Position numbers and translations under genes: made by a program
Part shown: piece after piece, positions 46,560 to 57,250 of the stretch
Layout: each line of letters begins with the position of its first letter
Numbering within the stretch: position 1 is the first letter of the stretch
Notes under the pieces: model-generated
What the model saw: only the letters and a program-made list of their open reading frames with translations
The model's database searches: none
Told to the model about the DNA's origin: nothing
From: Camelus dromedarius
Lineage: Eukaryota
NCBI RefSeq assembly: GCF_036321535.1
Contig: NC_087455.1
Span: forward strand, 1,984,001-2,048,000
DNA: 64,000 bases
Reading direction: 5' to 3'

Positions 46560-46832
46560 GCCGGGCTCTTCCCCTCTGTTTATTCAGCCCTTGGCTAAGT
46601 GTCACCCTCTTGGAGACGCCGCCCCTTTCCAGGCAGGCTCTGTTCCACACACTCATAACCCACGTGAAATTCCAAGCTGAGATAAGATGTCAGTCTGTCC
46701 ACCGGCTGTTTCCTCATGTGGAATATACGTGTTATAAGGCTGCGGGCTTGGCAGCTCCTGCTCAAAGCTGCATCCTCGACGCTCAACAAGTATCCAACGT
46801 GGAGTTGTTGGATGAACCAGTGAATGAATGAG
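46560..46832 (+). mobile_element. L2 3' end
   Basis: Ends gttgttggatgaaccagtgaatgaatgag. Confidence 0.6.
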
Positions 46833-47294
46833 TGTTTAAAAGGCCACGGGGCAGGGAAAATCTGCACATGCAGAGAGGAAGTCAGAATAGTGCTACACGG
46901 TTTCTGAAAGGGGGAAGGTGGGGGGAGGTCCAGGTGGAGGGCAACCTCCTGCGAGACACGGCGAGGGCAGCCCTGACCCCTCCCCCAGCACCAAGGGGAG
47001 GGGCGGGATGCAGATGGAGGGCGGATGACGGCCGGCTTGTGCACCTGCTGAAGAAAAGCAGCAGAGATGAGCGCCTCTGGCATCCGTTTGTCCCTGGTAG
47101 AGCGGTTGCCCACCGGGAGCCTGGGGCAAGGCTGGGTGGAGGGGCCTGGAGTCTGGGGAGCAGGGAGAAGGTGGGAACGAATCCTCTGAAGATGGAAGAA
47201 CAAAGGATTAGAGAAACAGAGGTGTGCAGGTGGGGGTTGGTCTGCTGGGGTCGGTGATGGCCCTCAGCTCACCCCACACCTCCCCGAGTGCATC

Positions 47295-47965
47295 AACCAG
47301 CCACACCCAGAAAAATCCAAAGAAAATAGATGATGGAAATCGACTATGTACCACTTCTAGAGAGAAAAGACGCCTCTAAGGTTAGAAATAATGGAAGACA
47401 TAGCTAAGGAAAAATGGGTTACTTTGGATTCATGAAAGTGAAAAATTATATTATGACAAAAATAAACTCAAACCAAAATGAAAACCAATACTCCATTCCA
47501 AGCAATGAAGAAATATGTATCCAAAACTTCAGATGAATTTAGGTGCAGACCAGTATTTCCCTTTTATTATCTGCCCTAGACAACAGTCTCAAATTGAGAG
47601 GAAAAAAAATAAGCTTTTGACACAAAGGGTTTTAAGTGTGGCAGTTTACACATGAAAATACGGGAAATAATATGAATGCTTGACCACAGAGGGAAAGCTG
47701 TATATTACGATTCATTCTCACAATAAAAAATTAATCAATGAAAATCCTAAGACTCTGCAGCGGCACACGCAGGGGGAGCCCAGGGCAGGGACCTTGTAAG
47801 CACGGCCACGCGGCAACGAAGCCCGCCGCGCAGAACGGGAGGTGCCGAAAGGACACGCACTATGACCTCAGCAGAATTTGCATCCAGCGGGAGGCTTCCT
47901 CCCTGCCTTTCTGATTTTCAAACTCTTCTTAATGACTGTATGTGCCGTGTGTACTAAAAAGAATC
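47295..47965 (+). mobile_element. L1ME4-like fragments
   Basis: catagctaaggaaaaatgggttactttggattcatgaaagtgaaaaatt; tail ttctgattttcaaactcttcttaatgactgtatg..taaaaagaa. Confidence 0.6.
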
Positions 47966-48299
47966 TCCTGCGTTGGTAAGGGAGGGAGAACACGGGTCGA
48001 ATTGTCTCTGCTCGCTCGCTTTGACTGCACGACTTGAGGTTTACAGCAGAGGGGGACAGACTAGAAGGGGACAGAGGGGGCAGCTTGGTGCTGCCGAGAG
48101 CTCCGCGTCGCGTGCCCTTCTGTGTCATCGGGGCCTGAAAAATCCTAAATCCACATCGTGCCCAGAGACCCGTAGGGCCCCGCCCTCCCTGCCAAAAAAA
48201 GAAGGGAAAACCTGGAGACAAAGGAGATACGAATCCTCAAAAGGAAATAAGTGAAATCTGGTTTTGAAGTTACGTTTTCTCCATTCTTCCTGTTTGTTG

Positions 48300-48405
48300 T
48301 TTCACCCACTTGAAGGGGCGTCTGTGCGTCCCCAGCTGTGGCCCCCAGTGCCCAGAGCAGGGCCTGGCACGGGGCAGGCGCTCGACAAACGTTAACAGAA
48401 GGAAC
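48300..48405 (+). mobile_element. L2 tail
   Basis: ccccagtgcccagagcagggcctggcacggggcaggcgctcgacaaacgtt. Confidence 0.65.
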
Positions 48406-48790
48406 ACGAACAGCTCAGTTAGGTCGGGTTCCCCAGCTGCAGACTCTGAGACCCCCGCAATTGGTCAGGAAGTGTTTCCAGGAAAACCTGCAGTGGGTGC
48501 CAACCCGGAATCAAGGGAGGGGGCAAACTAGGGAGCGAAACAAGCCAATTCTCGGGGAGCAGACTCTGCACGACCCCATGGGAGGAGCCCCAGAGTCAGG
48601 GTCCCCACCAGTCCGAGTGAGCCAGTGTTTGCAGCCAGGGCAGGTCCAGGAGCCTGGGGGCAAGGAGGAGGTGCTGGCCGTCCCAGGGAGAGCACGTGGG
48701 GGCTGGTGTCTGAGAACGTGGTCATGGTGCCGCAGGACCATGTCTACTGGCCACGGAGAGAGGGAACCTCACGTTTCCACCTCTCTCCGG

Positions 48791-48966
48791 GGGGTGTCAG
48801 ATTTAGCAAATAAACCACAAGCCGCCCAGTGAAGTTCGCATTTCAGCTACACTGTGAATTAGTATAAGTATGTTCCATGTGACACTGGGGACATACTTTT
48901 ATAATTGTCTGTTGTGTACCTAAAACTCAAAATTAACGGGGTATTTGTGTCTTATCTGCAGACCCT
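48791..48966. mobile_element. MER53 (palindromic hAT-type MITE)
   Basis: gggtgtcagatttagcaaataaa..cgcccagt..tagtataagtatgttccat..ggggacatactt..ttatctgcagaccct. Confidence 0.9.
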
Positions 48967-51185
48967 GCCCCACCCTGCAGGCCAGGGCTCTGCTGTCTGG
49001 GCAAGAAGCTCGCAGCCTTGGGGTGCGAGGACTGGGGGGAGGCTAATCGCCATGGTGCAGGGGGGCTCTCAGCAAAGGAAGCGTTCGAGTGGGGACATGG
49101 AGGGGAGGGTCTCAGGGGCCCCTGGGAAGGTCACCCCTGCTCCTGTTTTGGGCCTGAGGTCCCCCAGGTCTTCTCAGAGGTGAGGACCTGGCTGCACCCA
49201 GAACGACCTGGGAGTGAGGCAGGGGGCAGGTGCCACGGGTGTCCTCCGAGGTCACTCAGAGGGGATTTTCTCCGCCTGCTGCTGGGCAGGGCAAGAGTCT
49301 GGGCACAGGACTAGGTGAGGGTGGGTGGGGACACGGTCAGTCGTTCCATCTTGGGGCGCCGAGGATCAACACCCACCTCACAGGCGAGTCCCCACCACTC
49401 CCTGCCTCGGAAAGTGTGGCCCCCTCCCGTTGCCAGCAAGCGGTTCCCAGGAGGCAGGCACTGAGTAGAAGGCCGGCCAGGGAGGCACAGGCTTGTTCCT
49501 CCAGCAGGCGACCAGGCTGCAGGCCTGGAGCAGAGGCCCCTCCCGGGCGGCGGGGAGAACCAGGCTCCTCGCCGGTGCTGATAAGCCGCAAGGCCAGCTC
49601 TGCAGAGCTCACGTCTTCACTGCAAAGGGCCGTGGGCCCCAACGGCACACTTCATCTCCCCATGCAAATTGATTTTCCTTTTCCCTTCTGATTTTTTTCC
49701 TTTCAACAATTAGCTGTTGAGAGGCTGGTTTTAAATCAGGAAAATGAGACTTCAGGACTCAAGAGACGACAGAGAGGCCGGTGCCACCTCCAGAGCTGAG
49801 CCCCGTGCTCGCTCCGCAGGGCGCCCCTGCCAGGGCTGGGTGCACAGCAGGGCCCGGGAAATGGCAGGGTCCCCCTCTCTCCCTGAGCGGGGCTGGGGTC
49901 CCAGGCCAGGGGAAGGAGAGTGAGGTCTAGAGGAGGGGGTGAGGATCAAACAGAAGTTTCTCTAGGAAATGGGGAAACAGAGACAACAGGCCTGTCCCGC
50001 AAGGATGAGGGGAAAGGGGCCAGTGAGAAGTACACTCAGAGGACAGACAGAAAGACAGACAGACCCAACAGAGGCCGGACGTCAAACAGAGGAGGAGAGA
50101 GGAAGCAAGTGGGGCTGCGGGAGCCGCCTACGTGCTGGGAAGGGCAAATCCTGCCGGCCTCTCGCAGCCCAGCCAGGAGCCAGGCCTCCTGCTTTGCCCT
50201 CGATCCGCAGGGACGGGACAGCCCCGACGTGCGGCCCCCATCCCACCTCCAGCCCGCGCAGGGACCCCCCACCCCCGTGCCGCGCCCACTCGCCTGTGTG
50301 TGGCCACTGCCCTTTGTGAGCAGCTTAAAGACCAGCCTCTTCTGAAGGCCCCGCTCCCGGGAACCCCCACCCTGCCTCTCGTGCGGCGCAGGGTCTGAGC
50401 ATCACCCCGGGGAGCTGGTCTCTCGCCCACTGAGGTGGACCTGCGAGGGCTCAGGGCCTGCAGGCTAGGAAGCTGACAGCCTGATAAATGGAGAGAGAAA
50501 TCCAGATGCAGGAGGCTGGGGGAGAGGCTGAGGTGGGAGATGCCATAGGTGAGAATCCAACGTGGGCAGGACACGCCCCAGAGCTCTGGGAGCACGCCCA
50601 CCCCCAGGGGACGGGGGAGAAAAGGCGATGTCGCCCGTGATGAGGACACATGTGCAAATGACCGGACCCTCCACTGGTCCTCTCTGTGGGCACTGTCCCT
50701 CCAAGTGTGGGGGAGGCTCATGCCCAGGACCCCCTCCTCGACTTCCACCAGGTGGAGTGAGTTGACAGGGAGGAGAGGGACCACAGAGGCCCCAGGGACA
50801 GCGGGAGATGGTGGAGGTGGGGACAGCTCCCTCATGGCCCCTGTGACAGTGACAGTGGCTGCACTGTCCAGGACTCAGTGCTCCCCCTAACTGTTTAACC
50901 TTCACCTCCACCCCGACCCCTGGTGGGCACTGCCATGGCCCGCCCTGCGGCCAGGGACAAGAGAGGCAGCAGGATGCTGGGCCACTGGCCCAAAGCACAA
51001 AGCAGTCGGAGCCGGGGTGAGGGCGCATGGGGAGTCCAGCCTACCCACATGTAAGCCAACACATTCATGCCTGTCTTCAGGAGACTGGCATGGCCATCGG
51101 CAGGGACCTGTCCACCTTGCTTGGCATTGAGCCCAGTGCCCAGAACAGGCCCGGAAGCCTGCCTCACCTTGGGTAAGCTTGTGTT

Positions 51186-51220
51186 GAATGGGTGGATGGG
51201 TGGATGGGTGGGTGGATGGA
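51186..51220. repeat. (GGAT/GGGT)n simple repeat
   Basis: gaatgggtggatgggtggatgggtgggtggatggatg. Confidence 0.85.
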
Positions 51221-51559
51221 TGAGAGAGTGAACAGATTCCCCAGCCCAGCCCTTCTGCCGGTACCCAGCTCTTAGACTTCCAGAACCACAAACTCAGACC
51301 TGTTCCTCCCTCCCAACCCTGCCCAGACCCACAGTGTCGCAGCCCTTGGTGGGGGTGCGGGAGCCGCGGGACCCTCTGCTCTAGCCTCCCCAGCCTCCCG
51401 GAAGTGGCCGGGCTCACTGCACCGGAGGGACCATCGGCTGCCCCTGGCCTTCGCATCTGGGTCTGGAAGGCCGACCCCCTTCCCTTATCTGCAACTGTGC
51501 AAACCTGCACTTGGGTGTAGGTGTGCCTCGGGGGGCGTGCTGGCGGGCCTGGGATCAAT

Positions 51560-51926
51560 TCCCTGCTTTCACTCGTCAGGAAGGTGATGCCCTTGAGTTG
51601 ATGTCACAATTTTCTCTTTCCCCTAATTAAACCAAAAGCGGGCCCGCGAGGGCGTGGGGCAGGGAGCAAATGGGGAGTTAAAGGCATTGCCTGCAGAGGG
51701 CCGGCCGCGCCAGGCTTTTCATTTGGTGTCTAAAAGCTTCCCTGTGCGTCTGCTGCCCAGAGATAGGGGCAGCGAATTAAATGGCGATTTCGCCCCCGCC
51801 TGCCGCCCCCCCCCCCTCCCGCATGCGCCGCAGGGAGGGAGGGAGGGAGGGGGCAGGGAGGGAAGCAGCTCTAGGAAGCAAGTGAGGGTGCTCCTCACAG
51901 ACCTGAGAGGCCGTGAGGCCGGGCCT

Positions 51927-51985
<59 letters not shown>

Positions 51986-52100
51986 CACTTGGCCAGCGAG
52001 CGCCCAGTCTTCCTTTCCGCGGCTGGGTTTCCCCTCCCGCAGGCGCAGCTGGAGGACGGGGTGAGGCTGGGGGCCGGGGAAGGGCCCCCTGGCCTTGGGG
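51560..52100. promoter_or_regulatory. CpG-rich promoter/enhancer-like element with G4 tract and GA microsatellite
   Basis: TAATTAA at 51624, GC boxes, NRF1-like CGCATGCGC at 51820, (GGGA)n at 51833-51862, (GA)28 downstream; not repeat-derived. Confidence 0.45.
51928..51983. repeat. (GA)28 perfect microsatellite
   Basis: Counted directly: 56 bp. Confidence 0.98.
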
Positions 52101-55100
52101 ACAGCCGGGCCCTTCCCGCCCGGCAGCCCAGGGCTGGGTGCCGTTGATGGAGCGGGTCTGCGTGGAGAGCCCCTTGGAGAGGGCTCTTCGGAGCGCTGCG
52201 AGCCTGGTCTTCTGGGGTCTGCTACAGCCCCGTGAGGTTACTTCACAGCCAGAGAAGCTGAGATCAGACCATGGCGCTTGCCCTCGCAGGGCCCGATCCC
52301 AAGGCCAGACCTGGACACGGCAGGCTCCGCTCCCCCGGACCCCACAGCTCCCTCACGGGAAGCCGGGGAGGGCCTGAGGGGAGGCGCGGCACGGGGAGAG
52401 CCCAGAGCACCCAGTGCCTTCACGCGCGGAACCACTGCGAGTCTTCGAATCCCTGTCCCTTGGGAGCTCCAGGAAAGAAAGCCAGCAGGTGAAGCGCAGA
52501 CCAGAGCTTTTCTCTCTGCAAAGCCGAAGCCCTTTTGGGGGTCATGGGAACAACCTTGGGCGCTGAGCAGGTCTGGTGAGGCAAGTCTCCCACCGACGCG
52601 GTCTTCGGCGTTTCCCAGAGGGCGGCCCCATCCATCCTGTGCTCTCCGGGCAGCTTGTTTTTCACCTGTGTTGCCTCCTCTTGTTAGTACTGACTGGGGC
52701 TTCACTTGCAGCTGCAGACTCGGGCCTGGGCTGAGCACGAAGGTGTAACTCCACAGGCAGACGGGCGTTCCAGGCTGGTTGTGGGAACCTGCTGAAACCC
52801 CCCTACGTCTGTTTCTCCCGGGCTCTGTAGCAGTTAAGGATCTGCCAGGCCTCTGGGGGGAACAGGACAAGTGGGTCCCCTCTGCCCACCCTGCCTGACC
52901 ACTGCTGCGTGGGGGACCCGCTTCTGTTCAGGACACTTGCCCTCCCACCCCCGGCTCCTAAAGGGGACACTCTGTGGACTGTCTGGCCAGCAGTCCTGAC
53001 CCCATGGGGCGTCCCCCTGCCCCCCACCCCAGGTTGTCACGCAACAGAGACCATGCCCCGCAGAGGCATCCGGGGTGCAGTGGTAACCAGGAACGCACGT
53101 GGCTGCAAGGCCGAGGCCGCCCAGCTCCAGCCTCTCCTCCTCCCAGCCCCCCCCCCACCCCCCGCGCAGTCTCACCCGTCCTTGGCTCACACCATCCCTC
53201 ACAAGACATAACTCTGGTCAGGGCCCCTCCCTGCCCTCTCCCAGCTGTCACCACACCTCCCCGACCCGACCCTGCTGAGTCCTGTGAACCTGCACGTTGT
53301 CCGTGTCTCCAGTATCAGTTCCAGAACAAGGTGTGCTGCGGGCTGGGCTGGTTGGTCGAGGCAGCCCTGCTCCAGGACACAGGGCTATTTGAGGGATGGA
53401 CGGATGAGTGAGTGAGTGAATCTTCCCAGTCAGGACAGGGAGCAGGAGGGGAGGGGGGGAGGGGAGGGGGAGGGGGAAGGGAGATGAGGGAGGGGCGGGG
53501 AGCGTGCCCTGTTTCGAGGCAGGCCTGGGTCAGCCCACTTGGGGAGGAGCTCTGTGTGCTGGGCTGGGCTGGGCTGGTCTCCTCTGACCCTTGGGAGGGG
53601 TGGGGAGGCCCTTCGGGGCACAGGCCTGCTGGGTCGGCTGCCGAGGCTAGAGCAGAAGAGGCCCGAGCCTTTGCTTCACACCAGACCCCCTGGTGGGCTT
53701 GTCCCACAGCCTCATTTGACCCTGTGGGCGGCCTGCCCAGCTTCATCACCCTAGCTTGGCAAGGCAGACAAGAGGCTTGTTTGTCCCAGGCCACCCCAGT
53801 AAGTGGCAACACTGAGACTCCAGCCCAGGCTCAAAGACTTTCCTCTTCTCCAGGAGATGGGATGGGTAGGGGCTGGGGCCCAGCCCCCCGGCCCAGCCTA
53901 CCACCCATCCCCCTCGGAGAAGCCAGCGCGCTCGGAAGGCGGGGGAGTCCCCTGGGCCCGGCCTCCCTGCTGCAGCCGGAGTGCTGGTGGTGGCCAGGCT
54001 GGGTAACCACGGTAACACTGACCTGTGCCCCAGGATTCCCCAGGGGGCAAGGTGCCGGCAGAACTGCCAAGTCTCCACGTACCATCCAAATGCCAAATGC
54101 TTATTAATCTCGCTGCTCGAGGCTCTCTGAAGCCGCTACCCTCCTCCCCATCGCCTTTGTCCGGGATGTAATTGTCTGGGCCCACCTCTCCACTTCTGTA
54201 ACTAATCGCTTTGGGGAAGGCACCTCAGCAGCTTCACTCCCTCCCCTCTGGGCCTCATCTCAGCATAAGGAGGTCGGGGGGCACCGACTCTGCCCTGGAC
54301 AGGGGCCAGACCTCGGGCTGAAGGCCCCCTCACCCCAGCTGCGAGCCTCAGTTTCCCTGTTTCTCGGAGGCAGATAAAGCCCCTGCCCTGCCTTCTGATG
54401 AATCCATCTGCTCTGTTTAATTCAACTCCAAAGCTCTCAACAAGGATGAGACACACTCAGGCGTATCTATCACACTAGTCAGCTTGTAGTGAGGCCTGTC
54501 ATGGAGATGAATGCATCGGCGGCGTAGGAAGCACAAGGAGCGGGGCAGGGGGGATAGATAAATAACTTTGTTTCTCTGGATCTTTGAAACTTTTGAAAAC
54601 CAGCTTTCATTTTTCTGAGTTGCTGGCTACGCATTTTACATTATGATGTCTGTACTCACACCAGAGTCTGAACGTGAAAATAAGAATCTGAGCTTAGGAG
54701 GGGCCCCGAGTGCCCGCTCTGCTCTTCCTGGGACACCTTTTAAATAACCACCCTGAGTTAAGCTCATGAGAAGGTAGTGACCTCCATCCGCCCCAGCTGT
54801 CTTATACATGACGATGCTCACTGCCTGCTCTCTCTCCTGCTGCTCCCGACCTGGGATGGAGGACCACCCCCTTCACACCCTCCTGGGATCTGTAGTAAAG
54901 CCTGGGACGCTATGTCGCTCGGGTGGGTGTATTGAAACTGTGCCTTCAGTTAAAAGGGCCCCGTGGGTTTCACTTCCCCAAAGCACGAGCGGGCATGGGG
55001 AGGGAGCTCCCTGCCAACCCCATGGTGGGGGGCCTGTGCCTTTCACTCATCAGGTCATAATCTGCATGTTCTCAATTCAAAACACCAGCTGTGCTCCTCA

Positions 55101-55644
55101 GCACAGGGGGAGGGAGGGGGCACTCCTACAGGTGCAAGCGGGACCGAGGCGTCCCAGCACAGGTGGCAGGGCCCCTCCCTGAGCAGGGCGCAGAGGGGCC
55201 GGCACTCGGAGGACCTGCAGGAAGGGAATGCAACAACGATTAACAATATAACGACAGCCAGCGCATGTGCAGTGCTTCTCTCTGCGCCGAGCGCTGCTCT
55301 GACACTCAGGTCCTTCTGGTACCCACAGCGTCAGATGCCCTAGCCAGGGGTGCTGCGGGCAGACCACGCCCAGGACACAGAAGGCAGCTACAGTTTTACA
55401 GACCTCAGAGTTAGCGGTTAAGATGGCATGTGGAATGCCCAAAGGTGGGACAAACGATGTCTTTCTCACTTTTTAAATTCACAGAACCACACATCCCTTT
55501 GAATGCGTGTTTTCACATAATTGCTCATTGAAGAGGGGTGTTTTTGCCCCAGATCACATGGACCTTGCCTGAGAGCAGAAAGCTCTTGACGGTTTCCAAA
55601 TTTACCTCCTTGGACCCTCCCCAAGAACCAGAGGGCTTAGCGAG

Positions 55645-55720
55645 GAAGCTGAATAACCCCCTTATACAGATGAGAAAACTGAGGCCGGGGAACAGCCCAC
55701 TCTCCCGGGGTGGGGTGGGC
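55645..55720 (-). mobile_element. MIR core fragment
   Basis: ccccttatacagatgagaaaactgaggcc. Confidence 0.7.
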
Positions 55721-56199
55721 AGGAGGGCGGCAGGCCAGAGCACAGGGCACGCAGCCAGGACTGGGCTCCAGCCTTGCTGGAGGGCAACACTGGGCCCTGG
55801 GTCGGCTCAGTGCAGCCAGCTCAACAGCTGAGAGCCGAGATGACCTGTCCTCCCAGGGCTGGGACCAAGGTGGGGGGCAAGTGAGGTAGGAAACTCAGTA
55901 ATCAAGATAAATGCTATTTCCATGCAGCTAAAAGACATTAATGCAAAAAACCAAAGGTGAACAAAATACCAAAAGTTTAAATAAATTCTGATCCTATGGA
56001 GTCAGGATTAGGGCAAGGCGAGTGTGAAACATTCAACATCGCAGATAAATGGTCTTTAACACAATATTTTTTAAATAAAAATGCACACAAAGTTATCCAC
56101 GAGGAACTGAGCATCAACATTTGACATGAAGAAGGGCCCAGCCTGCACCAGCGTGACTCACCGGCTGACTCCCCCCAGCCCCCACCCGTCAGATACTGT

Positions 56200-56400
56200 C
56201 TGGATTTCAATTTTTAGTTTGCTGCACATGAATAACTTCGCATTTATTTTGATTTTTTTTAAGGAAGCATTAAAAGATCACAGATCTCGGTTGCAAGTGT
56301 TGTGGTCCTCACCATAGCCCCAGCACTGCACCCGTTCCCCTCGACCCCCCTCCCCCTCCCCACGGCACTGCCAGGAGACCAGAGACCCCCGATGGGGACT
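56200..56400 (-). mobile_element. Possible old L1 3' tail fragment
   Basis: T-rich start followed by accatagcccc..cccctccccctcccc; weak similarity only. Confidence 0.3.
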
Positions 56401-57109
56401 CAAACTCCCTCTTCCCCAGGTGCTTCCAGGGCCATCAGTGCCCCACTTCCAGGAGCCCCTGCCCCACCAGCTGCCACTCTAGGCCAGGGGTCAACACCTC
56501 CCGGTGCAGCTTGGAGCCAAGCAGACCCGGAGGGCTGGAGGCAGCCATTGTGGAGGGACCGTGGTGGCTTTGGGCAGACAGAGAAGCTCTCAACACTCCT
56601 GTTGGCATCTTACCAGCAGAGCCCCCTTCTCTCACACAGGCTGTCGCATGCAGATCCTGTCCTTTGCAGCTCAATGGGAGGATGAGACGGCCTCCAGCCT
56701 GGTTGTCTTCTCAGGGCTTGGAGCGGAGCGCGGTCTGTCCTGCAGGCGGGACAGGACGCGGGGCTGGCTCGGGAGCCAGACGGAGGCCCGCCTGCACCGG
56801 GAGGGATGCAGGGTTGGGGCGGGTGCTGAAAGTAGGGAGAGAAAAGGGGCAGAAGGAGGGATGTGCTCTCAGTTCCCCCTCCGTGACCTTGACAGGGCAC
56901 TGCCCGCCTCTGATCCTCAGGCTCCCGACCTGGGAAATGGGTAAAAGAGTAACGAGGGAAAGCGCCCCGCCGCCGCGGGCACTGAGGATGTGCACTCGGG
57001 GGCCGGCGGTCCTGGGCTTGGGTCGTGGGGCCCTGGGTAAGGAGCGGGGCAGCCTCTACCTCCACCACCTGCAAAGCGGGAAGGCGCGCACTTTCCCAGG
57101 ATGCAGCAC

Positions 57110-57250
57110 AGGCTGAGCAGCCGCACGCGCTGAGCGCTGAGCAGCGCGCCTGCACGTGTGCGCGCCCGGGGACGGCGCTGGTCAGGGGACGCTTGCGGGG
57201 AGTGGGGTTATCATTGCCATCTCTCGGCTTCACCATGGATGTGGGATGAG
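57110..57250 (-). mobile_element. GC-rewritten MIR
   Basis: gctgagcgct..cttgcggggagtggggttatcattgccat aligns loosely with reverse MIR (attgagcgct..cctatgaggtaggtactattattatccccat). Confidence 0.4.

Noticed and set aside
51913-52377. ORF containing an (ER)n dipeptide run
   Set aside because: It is simply the translation of the (GA)28 microsatellite.
35874-53700. CTCF-like motifs (35874-35887, 50913-50926, ~53685-53698)
   Set aside because: Each misses one or more high-information positions, and such partial matches are expected by chance at this GC content.
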